Source: Gemmatimonadota bacterium
GTDB taxonomy: Bacteria; Gemmatimonadota; Gemmatimonadetes; Gemmatimonadales; GWC2-71-9
Direction of reading: 5' to 3'
NCBI GenBank assembly: GCA_016713785.1
Contig: JADJOM010000003.1
Span: forward strand, 13,497-77,496
DNA: 64,000 bases
How positions within the stretch are numbered: position 1 is the first letter of the stretch; each line of letters begins with the position of its first letter. Positions 9,176 through 18,352 of this stretch are shown here, in pieces. A program made the position numbers and the translations under genes. The notes beneath the pieces were generated by a model. The model was not told where the DNA came from. It did not search any database and saw only the letters and a program-made list of their open reading frames with translations.

Positions 9176-9282
9176 ACTGGCGGCGCGCGAGCCAAGTGGC
9201 GCCATGCAAACATCTTGGGACCAGGCGCCAATGGCACGCCCCATGACATAGCAAGGAGGCATCCCCACTCCGGAGCCTCCCG

Positions 9283-12200
9283 GTGCGCCTCCGCCTCAGC
9301 TGGCTGTCCGTCCTCCTGCTCCTCCTCGCGTTCCTGACGCCCGGCCTCGTACCGTCGTTCCGCCGTGCCCTCGTTCCGGCGCCTGCCGTCCCAGGTACCG
9401 TCATCGTCACGCCGGATGGCGGCACGCTCATCGCAACGGCCCACGCCGCCTGGTTCCGGGCCGACTTCACCGTGCTCAATACCCGGACCCTGACCAGCAC
9501 CTACACGCTGGCCTGCAGCTACACCGGCCAGGTCACCGGGTGCTTCCTCGACAGCACTTCCGAGACCCTCGCGCCCGACGAGGCCATCACCGTCCACGTC
9601 TACTACCAGACCGGGAACCTCGCGCTCTCCGGCAACACGATCACGCTGACCGCGAGCGGACCGGCCACCGACGCCGGCTACTACGGGGTCCGCGTCCAGT
9701 CCAGCATGATCGCCATGGTCACGCCGGGAGGCACCCAGAACGATGCCGTCGTCACCGTGCGGCGCCACCAGCCGGCGCTGCTCGCCCGGTTCCTGCTCAG
9801 CCCGGGGTACGCCACCGACAGCGCCACGATCGGCATGACCTGGCAGCGCCTGCCCGCCGGTCCGGTGGTCACGGTCACGAATGATGCGCGCCGGAACCGG
9901 GGCCTCATCGAGTGGGAGGTCGAGGACAGCCTCGCGCTGCAGAATCCCGGGGATTCCGCTCGCGCCACCGTGACGCACTGCACCACCGGCGGCGTCTGCA
10001 CCGAGGAACGCCGGATCGTGAAGCTGGCGAACGACAGCAAGCCCATCCTCGGGTTCTCCGGCGTTCCCACGGGCAGCCTCGCTGCCGGCTTCGGGGCGCC
10101 GTTCGGCCCAGGCATCGCCGTGAGCGGCGTCGAGATCGAGACGGGCTTCGGCACCGTGCCCTACTTCTCGATGGGCCAGGCCCGCTCCGCCGGCCTGGTG
10201 TACTCCACCCGCCAGGCCTGGCCCCGGGTCACCATCCCGGTCGACGTGGAACTCCCCTGGCTCGGCGCCAACCCGAGTGCCCTGACCCTGATCGCCTGGG
10301 ATGGGGCCTACATCAATGACTCGGTGCGCTATACCGCGCCCGCCTGCGTCACCGGCGCGGTCCGGAAGTGCCGCGGCGTCATCACCGCGGATTTCCGGAC
10401 CTCGAGTTTCGCCACCCCGATGCGCAAGTGGCTCAAGATCGAAGCCCGGGTGGTGCCCGCGGGCGGCGGTGCGGTGGTGTCGGCCACCGACTCGGTGGAG
10501 GTGGCCCTCGTGGACCGCCGCACCACCCGCTACGGGGCCGGCTGGTGGCCCGCCGGCGCGCTCCGCCTCGTGGCGGCCGGCGAGGACCGCCTGCTGGTCG
10601 GCGCCGACGGGGCGGTGACCGTCTTCCGCGGCAACGGCGACAGCCTCTACCTGCCGCCCCCCGGCAACTTCAGCGTGCTCAAGAAGGTGGGCACCACCTG
10701 GGAACTCGCCCCGCGCGGCAGCCTGGCCAAGCTGGTGTTCGATGCCCAGGGGCGGCTGGTCAAGCGGGCCGACCAGAACGGCAACCGCGACACCCTGCTG
10801 TACGGCGGCACCACCGACTCCCTGCTGGAGCTGCGCGATCCGCTCGACAAGCGCATCCTGCTGGGCTACGCCAGCGGCAAGCTGAGCACCTTCACCACGC
10901 TGCACGGCACCGGGGTGCCGCGGACCCACGCCATCATCATCGACGCGGCCACCAACCAGCTCACCCGCGACTCCATCGGTGGCGCCCCCTACCGCACCAT
11001 CTACCGCTACGCCGTCCGGGACGCCGCCACCAAGACCCAGCTCCTCGGCATCCGCGAGGGGATGCTCGGCGACTCCACCCAGGTCGTCTACGATTCCAGC
11101 GCCGCCGGCTTCCTCTGGCGGCCGGGCGCCGTGCGGCTCCCCCGGGTGCCGGACGAGACCGGGGCGCTGGTCCGGCCGCAGATCACCTATACGGCGGTCC
11201 TCAGGCGCGGGGCCGGCACCGTGGTGCCGCTCGACAGCACGGGGCCCTGGGTCGAGATGCGGGATCCGCGGGGCAACTGGACGCGCTCCTGGCTCACGCG
11301 CTGGGGCCAGGCCCGGTACGTCTGGGACACCCTCGGCGCGCTCAGCCGGGCCCGCTACACCACCGACGGGCGGGTGGTGTGGAGCGAGGCGCGGCGGGGG
11401 GGCGACACGACCCGGGTGTACTCGGCCTACGACAGCCAGCAGCGGCTGGTGAAGTCCTGGACCAACACCGTCACCGGGCTCGGCCAGGGGGTGCGGCTCG
11501 ACAGCCTGGTCTACGATGCCAGCCACCGGGTCATCGTGCACGTGGACAGTCGCGGCAAGGCCGACAGTGTCTTCTACGACGCCAAGGGCAACGTCATCAA
11601 GACGAAGGACCCGAGCGGGGCCGTCACCCAGTTCTGGTACAGCAGCACGACGGGCCAGCTCGATTCGATGCTGCCGCCGAGTACCACCGCGCGCCAGCGC
11701 TACACCTACGATGCGACGTGGAAGAACCCGACCACCGTGAGCGCCGGGGCCACGACGGCCGGCAGCGTGCAGCAGAGCCAGTCCACCTACGACAGCTACG
11801 GCCGGGTGGCGAGCACCCTGTCCCGGGTGCAGGTCCGGGTGACCGGGTCCACCGTGAAGTGGCAGTGGCGGAAGACGGTGCCCACGTATGTCGCCGCCAC
11901 CAACGAGGTCACCACCCAGACCAGCTATCGCAGCGACACCTGCGATCCCTGCGTGGGCGGCCCGGCGAGCTGGCCGTCCGACAGCTTCCATGTCATGACC
12001 GTGAGCGTGTTCCGGGATGCGGCGGGGCGCGATACCGCCCGGGTCGGCGAACGCGGCTACCAGACCGTGTACACCTATGACCGCCTGGGGCGGCTGCTGG
12101 CGCGCCGGCCGCCGAGCGCCGGGGGGCCCGCGCCCCGGGACTCGATGGTCTACGATGTCGCGGGCAACATCGTGAAGACCTACACCCGGCGGGGCGACCT

Positions 12201-13857
12201 GCTCACCGCCACCTACGACAGCCGCAACCGCCTCCTCACCCAGGTGGTGCCCGGCATCGGGACCATCAACCGAACCTACGCCGGTCCCCTGGACCAGCTC
12301 ACCCGCGTCTGGGTGACCGGGGCAGTGGACTCGATCGGCGGCGTCAATGGGGAGGTCCGGTACGGCTTTGATGCGCGCGGGCACCTGCTCGCCGACACCG
12401 CCTATCGCAACGCCACCGCCCTGGTCACCACCTACACCCGCGACCAGTACGACCGCGACAGCGTGGTCACCGACCCCGTGGGGGCCTGGCGGCCCCGCTA
12501 CGAGACCGCGCGGGGCATCCCCGAGCGCCTGGTCACCCCCCTCGGGGACTCGGTCAGCCTCACCCTCGACGGCCAGCAGCGGCCCGCCCAGCGCACCGTG
12601 CTGAGCAGCGGGCCGGCCTTCACCCAGTCGGTGCAGTACCTCGCGAGCAGCGGGGCGGCGAAGATCACCCAGACAGCCGGGGCCAGCGGGTACGAGGTGG
12701 GCACCTACGATCCCGAGGGCGCCCCGGACGAACCCACCCTCGGCGCCCCGCTCGGGCCCATCTGGGTGGAGCAGCACGGCCCCTCCCCGCTGCTCCCCGA
12801 CACCCTGGTGGACAGCCTGAGCTATGACGGGTGGGGCCGGCTGCTGGGGTGGCAGCATTTCCGGAAGGCGGACACCCTCCTCACCCTGCTGGCCAGCGAC
12901 TCGGTGTGGTTCGACCGCACCGGCAACGTCCATGTGAACGGGGAGACGCGCACCCACGAGCTGCAGACCGACCGGCTGCTCACCCGGGTGGCGGGGGCGT
13001 GGACCTGGAGCTATACCTATGATGCCGGCGGCAACCTCACCCAGGCCAGCGGCACCACGCTGTCGCAGACCATCACCTGGACGTACCAGTACGACGCCGC
13101 CAACCAGCTCCGGAGCGTGCGCTACCGCGGGCATGGCTGGGGGGCGGACAGCCTGGTGGCCCGGTACGGCTATGATGTGCTGGGCCGGCGGATCGCGCGC
13201 CGGGTGTACTGGTCGCCGCTGCCGGGGGCGGAGGCGCGGGAGACGCGCTACCTCTACCAGGGCGGGCAGGTGGTGGCGGAGACCGACGCGGCGGGGGCGT
13301 TCAAGTGGAAGTACACCTGGGGCCCCGGGACCGACAATCTGGTGGGGCTGCAGGACTCGACCGGCACCCAGTTCTACGTGGTGCAGGACCAGCTGGGCAG
13401 CGTCCGGGGCCTGGTGCGGCGGGACGGCACCTGGATCATGAGCCAGCGGTTCACGCCGGCGGGGCAGCTCCTGGCGCGGGATTCGGTCGGCGGGCACCAG
13501 TGGCCGAAGGGCTTGCACGTCGGGTGGACCGGGCGGGAGACGGACCCCGAGACGGGGCTCAGCTTCCACCGGGCGCGGTACTACAGCCCGGAGCTGCGGC
13601 GGTGGACGCAGGAGGACCCGATCGGGTACGGCGGCGGGGGCAACCTGTACGCCTACGTGGGCGGGGCGGTGCTGGAGGGGCGGGATCCGAGCGGGTTGAT
13701 CGAGGACCTGCGGGGCGGGGGGCGGGCTCGGGCTGGCGGAGTCGTTCCGTCCCTTCACCCTCGACCCGACCGCGTCGTCCATGCTGGATCAGATCCCGTT
13801 GCCCAGCGGAGGCTCTTCGACAACGATAGACCTGATTGCAGTTCTGGCGAACGGTGA
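9283..13857 (+). CDS. Rhs/YD-repeat protein (family B, core ends ...YAYVGGAVLEGRDPSGL) with N-terminal Sec-type signal peptide; current frame ends without a toxin domain
   Basis: The N-terminus is MRLRLSWLSVLLLLLAFLTPGLVP. There are dozens of YD repeats (YDAQGRLV, FYDAKGNV, TYDSYGRV, TYDRLGRL, YDVAGNI, TYDSRNRL, YGFDARGHL, YTYDAGGNL, YGYDVLGRR). The Rhs core terminus is RARYYSPELRRWTQEDPIGYGGGGNLYAYVGG...RDPSGL. Confidence 0.95.
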   Translation: MRLRLSWLSVLLLLLAFLTPGLVPSFRRALVPAPAVPGTVIVTPDGGTLIATAHAAWFRADFTVLNTRTLTSTYTLACSYTGQVTGCFLDSTSETLAPDEAITVHVYYQTGNLALSGNTITLTASGPATDAGYYGVRVQSSMIAMVTPGGTQNDAVVTVRRHQPALLARFLLSPGYATDSATIGMTWQRLPAGPVVTVTNDARRNRGLIEWEVEDSLALQNPGDSARATVTHCTTGGVCTEERRIVKLANDSKPILGFSGVPTGSLAAGFGAPFGPGIAVSGVEIETGFGTVPYFSMGQARSAGLVYSTRQAWPRVTIPVDVELPWLGANPSALTLIAWDGAYINDSVRYTAPACVTGAVRKCRGVITADFRTSSFATPMRKWLKIEARVVPAGGGAVVSATDSVEVALVDRRTTRYGAGWWPAGALRLVAAGEDRLLVGADGAVTVFRGNGDSLYLPPPGNFSVLKKVGTTWELAPRGSLAKLVFDAQGRLVKRADQNGNRDTLLYGGTTDSLLELRDPLDKRILLGYASGKLSTFTTLHGTGVPRTHAIIIDAATNQLTRDSIGGAPYRTIYRYAVRDAATKTQLLGIREGMLGDSTQVVYDSSAAGFLWRPGAVRLPRVPDETGALVRPQITYTAVLRRGAGTVVPLDSTGPWVEMRDPRGNWTRSWLTRWGQARYVWDTLGALSRARYTTDGRVVWSEARRGGDTTRVYSAYDSQQRLVKSWTNTVTGLGQGVRLDSLVYDASHRVIVHVDSRGKADSVFYDAKGNVIKTKDPSGAVTQFWYSSTTGQLDSMLPPSTTARQRYTYDATWKNPTTVSAGATTAGSVQQSQSTYDSYGRVASTLSRVQVRVTGSTVKWQWRKTVPTYVAATNEVTTQTSYRSDTCDPCVGGPASWPSDSFHVMTVSVFRDAAGRDTARVGERGYQTVYTYDRLGRLLARRPPSAGGPAPRDSMVYDVAGNIVKTYTRRGDLLTATYDSRNRLLTQVVPGIGTINRTYAGPLDQLTRVWVTGAVDSIGGVNGEVRYGFDARGHLLADTAYRNATALVTTYTRDQYDRDSVVTDPVGAWRPRYETARGIPERLVTPLGDSVSLTLDGQQRPAQRTVLSSGPAFTQSVQYLASSGAAKITQTAGASGYEVGTYDPEGAPDEPTLGAPLGPIWVEQHGPSPLLPDTLVDSLSYDGWGRLLGWQHFRKADTLLTLLASDSVWFDRTGNVHVNGETRTHELQTDRLLTRVAGAWTWSYTYDAGGNLTQASGTTLSQTITWTYQYDAANQLRSVRYRGHGWGADSLVARYGYDVLGRRIARRVYWSPLPGAEARETRYLYQGGQVVAETDAAGAFKWKYTWGPGTDNLVGLQDSTGTQFYVVQDQLGSVRGLVRRDGTWIMSQRFTPAGQLLARDSVGGHQWPKGLHVGWTGRETDPETGLSFHRARYYSPELRRWTQEDPIGYGGGGNLYAYVGGAVLEGRDPSGLIEDLRGGGRARAGGVVPSLHPRPDRVVHAGSDPVAQRRLFDNDRPDCSSGER

Positions 13858-14338
13858 CAGGGTGCCTTGCAGCGAACTGCCAGAGGCCTGCCGGGAGTTT
13901 CTTGAGCAGTCGGGCGACCCTCTCGTAGGTAACCCGCAGCTACTTGCAGACGTGCGCGCGAAGATGAACTTGGCGCCTTACGACTCAAAGTACCTGTCGT
14001 ACCGTGTCGAATCCGGTGGATGGTGCACGGCAACCTCATGTACGGTGACATTCGGCGGCGTCGGGGGGATAAAGCTGGGCAGTCAGCCAGCAGGCGCGAT
14101 TCTCGGGTGGCACTCGCACCCCAATGTCGGGTGGCCTGCCGTTGGCGCCGATTACTCAAGGTGTCCGCCAGCCTCTCTCCCCGATGCCTGTCGCTACGGT
14201 GTCGAGCCGAGTACTCCTGACATCCAATCGGCAGGCAAGAACGGATACACAGTGCCAATGTACGTCGTCTCCAGACGAGTGGTGTGGAGGTACCAATGGG
14301 TAGCTGGACAGGGGTGGGTTCATGGGAGAGTGCAGTGA
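13781..14338 (+). CDS. toxin tip belonging to the 9283 Rhs gene but displaced into another frame; JAB/MPN (JAMM)-like metallopeptidase motif
   Basis: Removing one G from the G6 run 13717-13722 gives ...RDPSGLIEDLRGGGGLGLAESFRPFTLDPTASSMLDQIPLP..., as in orphan module 4. The domain contains GWHSHPNVGW and, about 30 aa later, EPSTPDIQSA (compare JAMM HxHP...SxxD). The domain call is tentative. Confidence 0.6.
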   Translation: MLDQIPLPSGGSSTTIDLIAVLANGDRVPCSELPEACREFLEQSGDPLVGNPQLLADVRAKMNLAPYDSKYLSYRVESGGWCTATSCTVTFGGVGGIKLGSQPAGAILGWHSHPNVGWPAVGADYSRCPPASLPDACRYGVEPSTPDIQSAGKNGYTVPMYVVSRRVVWRYQWVAGQGWVHGRVQ

Positions 14339-14406
14339 GAGAGTTGTGGCTTGGCAACCGGTTCCGAACGCAAAGTGTGCTGCCGTGTGCTTGCGCTGTC
14401 GTGGCC

Positions 14407-14835
14407 ATGACGCTCCTTCTGTCGAGCGGCGCGTGCGTGAGCAGCCAGGTACTCGTGGGCGGGATGCCATCAGGCGCTCCGTATGGCTTCTTGGTTGTTG
14501 GAACAGCAATGCCGGCCACCTTCGGGTTCAGGCTCGGCGATACGCTACTGGAGAAGGAACCGCGTACCGTCCCGGGGGCAGTCATCAGGGCCACTGGGCA
14601 CCTGGTCGGGGGGTTTCCGCGAGGCGCGTGGGATCCCGGTTGCACGAGGTGGTTCGCCACCGAGAATCGCTTCCTCGTGCTTTTGGTGGCTGACTGTCTG
14701 GCCAAGGACCCCAGTGAGTTCGGGCTTGCTGCTGCCGTCCTGGCAGAGAACGGTGTGCTTCTGGGGGAGGCCACCAACCTGGCATCCGGGCCTGCCTGGT
14801 CGATGCTCGAGCCCGCCCTTAGACCGCCTAGATGA
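14407..14835 (+). CDS. candidate immunity lipoprotein for the JAB-like toxin
   Basis: MTLLLSSGAC is a lipobox-like N-terminus. The gene lies downstream of the toxin tip, and the ORF track's longer start (14284) overlaps the toxin's 3' end. A paralogue occurs at 23186-23476. The start codon is uncertain (ORF track starts at 14284). Confidence 0.55.
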   Translation: MTLLLSSGACVSSQVLVGGMPSGAPYGFLVVGTAMPATFGFRLGDTLLEKEPRTVPGAVIRATGHLVGGFPRGAWDPGCTRWFATENRFLVLLVADCLAKDPSEFGLAAAVLAENGVLLGEATNLASGPAWSMLEPALRPPR

Positions 14836-14935
14836 GGGGGCGTGCTAGGCGGGGCCCCCTGAACGTGGGGCCACCCCGGCCCGTAACCGAGGACCGTTGC
14901 TAGGCCTTGGATACGTCCGGGGTTGGGAGATCACG

Positions 14936-14962
14936 CACGGGGCGGCCATCAGCCGCCCCGTG
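14936..14962 (+). terminator. conserved GC-rich hairpin (CACGGGGCGGC-catca-GCCGCCCCGTG) preceding orphan module 1
   Basis: 11-bp perfect stem with no U tract. Related hairpins occur at 19165-19188 and 24597-24619, each 35-61 nt upstream of the point where Rhs core homology begins. Confidence 0.4.
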
Positions 14963-15019
14963 CCCCTTTCGCTGACTCGGCACGGCGGCTAAACCGCCTT
15001 AGCCAACCAGCTCCGGAGC

Positions 15020-16258
15020 GTGCGGTACCGCGGGCACGGCTGGGGGGCGGACAGCCTGGTGGCCCGGTACGGGTACGACGTGCTGGGCCGGCGGATCGCG
15101 CGGCGGGTGTACTGGTCGCCGCTGCCGGGGGCGGAGGCGCGGGAGACGCGCTACATCTACCAGGGCGGGCAGGTGGTGGCGGAGACCGACGCGGCGGGGG
15201 CGTTCAAGTGGAAGTACACCTGGGGCCCCGGGACCGACAATCTGGTGGGGCTGCAGGACTCGACCGGCACCCAGTTCTACGTGGTGCAGGACCAGCTCGG
15301 CAGCGTGCGGGGCCTGGTGTGGCGGGACGGCACGTGGGTGATGAGCCAGCGGTTCACGCCCTATGGGCAGCTCCTGGTGCGGGATTCCGCGGTCGTGGCG
15401 ATGCCGAAGGGGCTGCATGTCGGGTGGACGGGGCGGGAGACGGACCCCGAGACGGGGCTGACCTTCCACCGGGCGCGGTACTACAGCCCGGAGCTGCGGC
15501 GGTGGACGCAGGAGGACCCGATCGGGTACGGCGGCGGGGGCAACCTGTACGCCTACGTGGGCGGGGCGGTGCTGGAGGGGCGGGATCCGAGCGGGTTGAT
15601 CCGGGACTGCTCGGGCGGGGCTTGCGGCAACCCGCATGATTGGTCGGGGGTTTGGGGTCTGTCGGGCGATGGGAGCGACGCTTCCGGCTTTGGTGGCGGG
15701 GTCGGGAGCTACATAGAGGATGACGGCTATCTCGAAGACCTGATGGACGCGATGTACGGAGCAGCGAGGGGAAAGGAAGGCTGCTATGGCCAGGTATGCG
15801 CGGTCAACCAGGAAGAATACGAACGCTACAAGAACAGCAATCTCGAGTCGCGCACTATTGACGAGCAGCGCTTTCCTGCGCTTGCAGAACTTCTCAAGCC
15901 CACCCGGCAGTTGAGTAGCACGGAGTTCGCAATGTTAATGGGCGCTGCAGGCATCGCCGACGCGGCGGCCCGGCAGTCCCTGCTCGACCACCTTTTGGTC
16001 GGCGGCAGGGTCGGCTCGGCGAGCGACTGGAGGGCGGTGAGTCGCGATCCCGGGTACGCGCCGCGCTCCGCGGATCAATATTACGGGTGGTACTTCCTGA
16101 GTCCCTCAGTGTTTACGGTGAGTAACCGAGACTCGGGGGCGCTCGCCAACTGTGCACTCCATGAGTACGCCCACGCCGTTCACCAGTTGGGCCATGGCCC
16201 AGGTGGTGCTCAGGACTTCGCGAACCGATACACGACAGGAAGGCGGATATGCGGCTAG
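15020..16258 (+). CDS. orphan Rhs module 1: ~200 aa of family-B core C-terminus plus HExxH metallopeptidase-like toxin tip
   Basis: 15003-15600 is near-identical to 13098-13690 of the main gene (from ...NQLRSVRYRGHGWGADSL to RDPSGL). Then come the linker IRDCSGGACGNPHDWSG and a tip with LHEYAHAVH. An in-frame TAA lies just upstream, and the only start is an alternative GTG. Confidence 0.85.
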   Translation: MRYRGHGWGADSLVARYGYDVLGRRIARRVYWSPLPGAEARETRYIYQGGQVVAETDAAGAFKWKYTWGPGTDNLVGLQDSTGTQFYVVQDQLGSVRGLVWRDGTWVMSQRFTPYGQLLVRDSAVVAMPKGLHVGWTGRETDPETGLTFHRARYYSPELRRWTQEDPIGYGGGGNLYAYVGGAVLEGRDPSGLIRDCSGGACGNPHDWSGVWGLSGDGSDASGFGGGVGSYIEDDGYLEDLMDAMYGAARGKEGCYGQVCAVNQEEYERYKNSNLESRTIDEQRFPALAELLKPTRQLSSTEFAMLMGAAGIADAAARQSLLDHLLVGGRVGSASDWRAVSRDPGYAPRSADQYYGWYFLSPSVFTVSNRDSGALANCALHEYAHAVHQLGHGPGGAQDFANRYTTGRRICG

Positions 16259-17034
16259 GTGTTATCCGGGGCCTGTGCGTCTTGGCGGTAAGGGGAACTC
16301 TACTGGTGGTGTGGCCCAGCGGCGCTGCCTCCTCACAGGTGCCGCCGCCTCTCCCGCTGGCATGCCGAGATCCGGCCCTCTACCGTGCGGGCAGCGACAT
16401 GGCGGAGGCAGGGAGCTCAGCGGTGTTGCCCTCGAGAACTGCCGCCCTGGGAATGGTGGAGGAACTCAGTCGGCTTCATGGCCTTGCGGTGCGCGAGCGG
16501 CTCGCACCGAGCGAGGTGCGCGCAGAGCTTGGACGCATTCTATCTAAGGCGCGGCGGCTGGATTCGACAGGTGCCAAAGGAGGGTTGGCCTATCTCGTGG
16601 TGAATGGCGATGCGATGTTGGCGCCGGACTTCTACTTGGAGGACCTTTCATGGTTGTACTTTGTGTCCTTCGGCGACGCTGCTCCGGTCATTCACATTCT
16701 CGAGTCCTGGCACCGCCCGGAGGCGCGCTTGCGTGCGCTCCGAGCGATCCGAGCGCTTGATGGGGAAGCACAGCGGCGCACGGTAGTGGGGTGGGCCTGC
16801 GAAGCGGCATGGTTGCTGGTCGCGTATCACACCGCAGGTGCGTTGTCTGCGATCGACCCGCTCTACGAGCCGGCGATCGATGCTCGCCTCCTCCTGCCGC
16901 ACGCTATGCGCCTCCTGGGACCGGAGGTGCGGTCGGAGTTTCTCCAGGTCGCTGATCGGCTCTACCCGCCGCCGCACAATGGGCGCGAGGCACTGATGGG
17001 GTATTGTGCACCCGACTGGGAGTGGACGCCCTGA
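16249..17034 (+). CDS. candidate immunity protein, secreted (signal peptide)
   Basis: The ATG overlaps the toxin stop by 10 nt. The N-terminus is MRLGVIRGLCVLAVRGTLLVVWPSGAASSQ. It is a paralogue of 18343-19050 (shared ...ACEAAWLLVA.../...ACDATWQLLAF... region). Confidence 0.6.
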   Translation: MRLGVIRGLCVLAVRGTLLVVWPSGAASSQVPPPLPLACRDPALYRAGSDMAEAGSSAVLPSRTAALGMVEELSRLHGLAVRERLAPSEVRAELGRILSKARRLDSTGAKGGLAYLVVNGDAMLAPDFYLEDLSWLYFVSFGDAAPVIHILESWHRPEARLRALRAIRALDGEAQRRTVVGWACEAAWLLVAYHTAGALSAIDPLYEPAIDARLLLPHAMRLLGPEVRSEFLQVADRLYPPPHNGREALMGYCAPDWEWTP

Positions 17035-17272
17035 TACGGCCCTCCGCGTGAAGCGCGTGCGCGCGGCGCCCAAGCTCTCGGGCCCCGGACCGGTCGAGAG
17101 CACGGTGTCCAGACTATCGGGTGGCTGATCGCACTGACCCTTTCCCCGTTGCAGGGCCACTCAGGCTCGGAGCATTGGGACTGAAGGGCCGGCCTCTCCG
17201 AAGTCTGGCCTCCAGGAGACGCCGACAGGCCGCCAGTTCGGTCGGAGGTCGGAACCATCGCCGTGAAGCACA

Positions 17273-18352
17273 TTGACCGACCCCCGGGTGCCCCCTGCGC
17301 CGCGCGCTAAAGCCGACGACTGGCACGCGGCAGAGGGGGCAGCCGGGGGAGGCCCCGACCCCTCAAGTTACCACCAACCGCCGAACCGCCGAACCGCCCA
17401 ACTTCTGGGCAGCGTGCGGGGCCTGGTGCGGCGGGACGGCACCTGGATCATGAGCCAGCGGTTCACGCCGTACGGGCAGCTGCTGGCGCGGGATTCAGTC
17501 GGCGGGCACCAGTGGCCGAAGGGCTTGCACGTCGGGTGGATGGGGCGGGAGACGGACCCCGAGACGGGGCTCACCTTCCACCGGGCGCGGTACTACAGCC
17601 CGGAGCTGCGGCGGTGGACGCAGGAGGATCCGATCGGGTACGGCGGCGGGGTCAACCTGTACGCCTACGTGGGCGGGGCGGTGCTCGAGGGGCGGGATCC
17701 GAGTGGGTTGATCCGGGACTGCTCTGGCGGAGCCTGCGGCAATCCGCATGATTGGTCGGGGGTGCCCGGCTTCGACTCCTACGGCGGGAATCTCGGCGGG
17801 AGCGGGGGCACGTGGGGGGAGCGGGCGTCCCGCGCCCTGCAGCTCTGGGGCGCAACCCAGACCATTCTGCGCGACATGTGGAATGACTACCGCTCACGAT
17901 ACGAGAAGCTCAAGGCCAGCTATGGCCAGAGTGCCAATAGAGGCATCGCCAGGATCTTCGCAGGCTCCGATGCCTTGAGCTACAGGGACTTTGCACGCAC
18001 GCTTGCTGCGGCAAGAAGCGTCCTTGGGAGTCAGCCCTCGGATGCGCTGAACTGGGTCACCGAGCATCTCATGAGCGGTGGGGTATTCTCCAACCCAGGC
18101 TACGTAGCCGCGAACGGCTCCGGCAGCGGGACGCTCGCGATTACGATCCAGACGTATGAGGACAACGGAACGTCATTCACTGCGGTCCATACGGGGCGTC
18201 TAAGGCTCCAGTCCGTGTCATACGCGGAGCTTGCCAATGTGCTACTCCACGAGACACTGCACGCTCATGGCTTTGGTGAATGCGCCGCCTATACCTGGGC
18301 GGACATGGCCACCGGCTACAACCAATCCTACAGGGGGCAAGCATGCCAATAG
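17273..18352 (+). CDS. orphan Rhs module 2 (short core remnant from ~17400) plus HExxH metallopeptidase-like toxin tip
   Basis: Core homology starts only at LLGSVRGLVRRDGTWIMSQRF. 17274-17399 is a REP-like repeat read through in frame. It shares linker IRDCSGGACGNPHDWSG with module 1. The tip contains LLHETLHAHG. Confidence 0.8.
   Translation: MTDPRVPPAPRAKADDWHAAEGAAGGGPDPSSYHQPPNRRTAQLLGSVRGLVRRDGTWIMSQRFTPYGQLLARDSVGGHQWPKGLHVGWMGRETDPETGLTFHRARYYSPELRRWTQEDPIGYGGGVNLYAYVGGAVLEGRDPSGLIRDCSGGACGNPHDWSGVPGFDSYGGNLGGSGGTWGERASRALQLWGATQTILRDMWNDYRSRYEKLKASYGQSANRGIARIFAGSDALSYRDFARTLAAARSVLGSQPSDALNWVTEHLMSGGVFSNPGYVAANGSGSGTLAITIQTYEDNGTSFTAVHTGRLRLQSVSYAELANVLLHETLHAHGFGECAAYTWADMATGYNQSYRGQACQ
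17283..17348. repeat. 65-nt REP/MITE-like hairpin repeat, copy A
   Basis: CCGGGTGCCCCC..GCCGCG(C/T)GC-loop AAGCCGACGAC-..GCGCGGCAGAGGGGGCA(G/C)CCGG. The arms are nearly perfectly complementary. Four copies lie in the same orientation in this window. Confidence 0.8.

Noticed and set aside
9232-9248. Sigma-54 promoter TGGCACGCCCCATGACA upstream of the Rhs gene
   Set aside because: The -24 half (TGGCAC) fits, but the -12 half reads ATGA instead of TTGC. No enhancer-binding protein gene is nearby, so the match is too weak to call.
8863-13782. 1639-aa ORF on the minus strand covering the whole main Rhs gene
   Set aside because: It is antisense to a gene with unmistakable YD repeats. Its translation is R/G/P/A-rich low-complexity sequence typical of spurious antisense ORFs in high-GC DNA. 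Only its last ~35 codons (8863-8967) are real, being the IS110 transposase C-terminal remnant.
13755-14777. 340-aa minus-strand ORF overlapping the main toxin tip and its immunity gene
   Set aside because: Ser/Arg/Pro-rich with no motif. The plus-strand genes have a supported context: the shared linker with module 4, a lipobox, and a paralogue at 23186.
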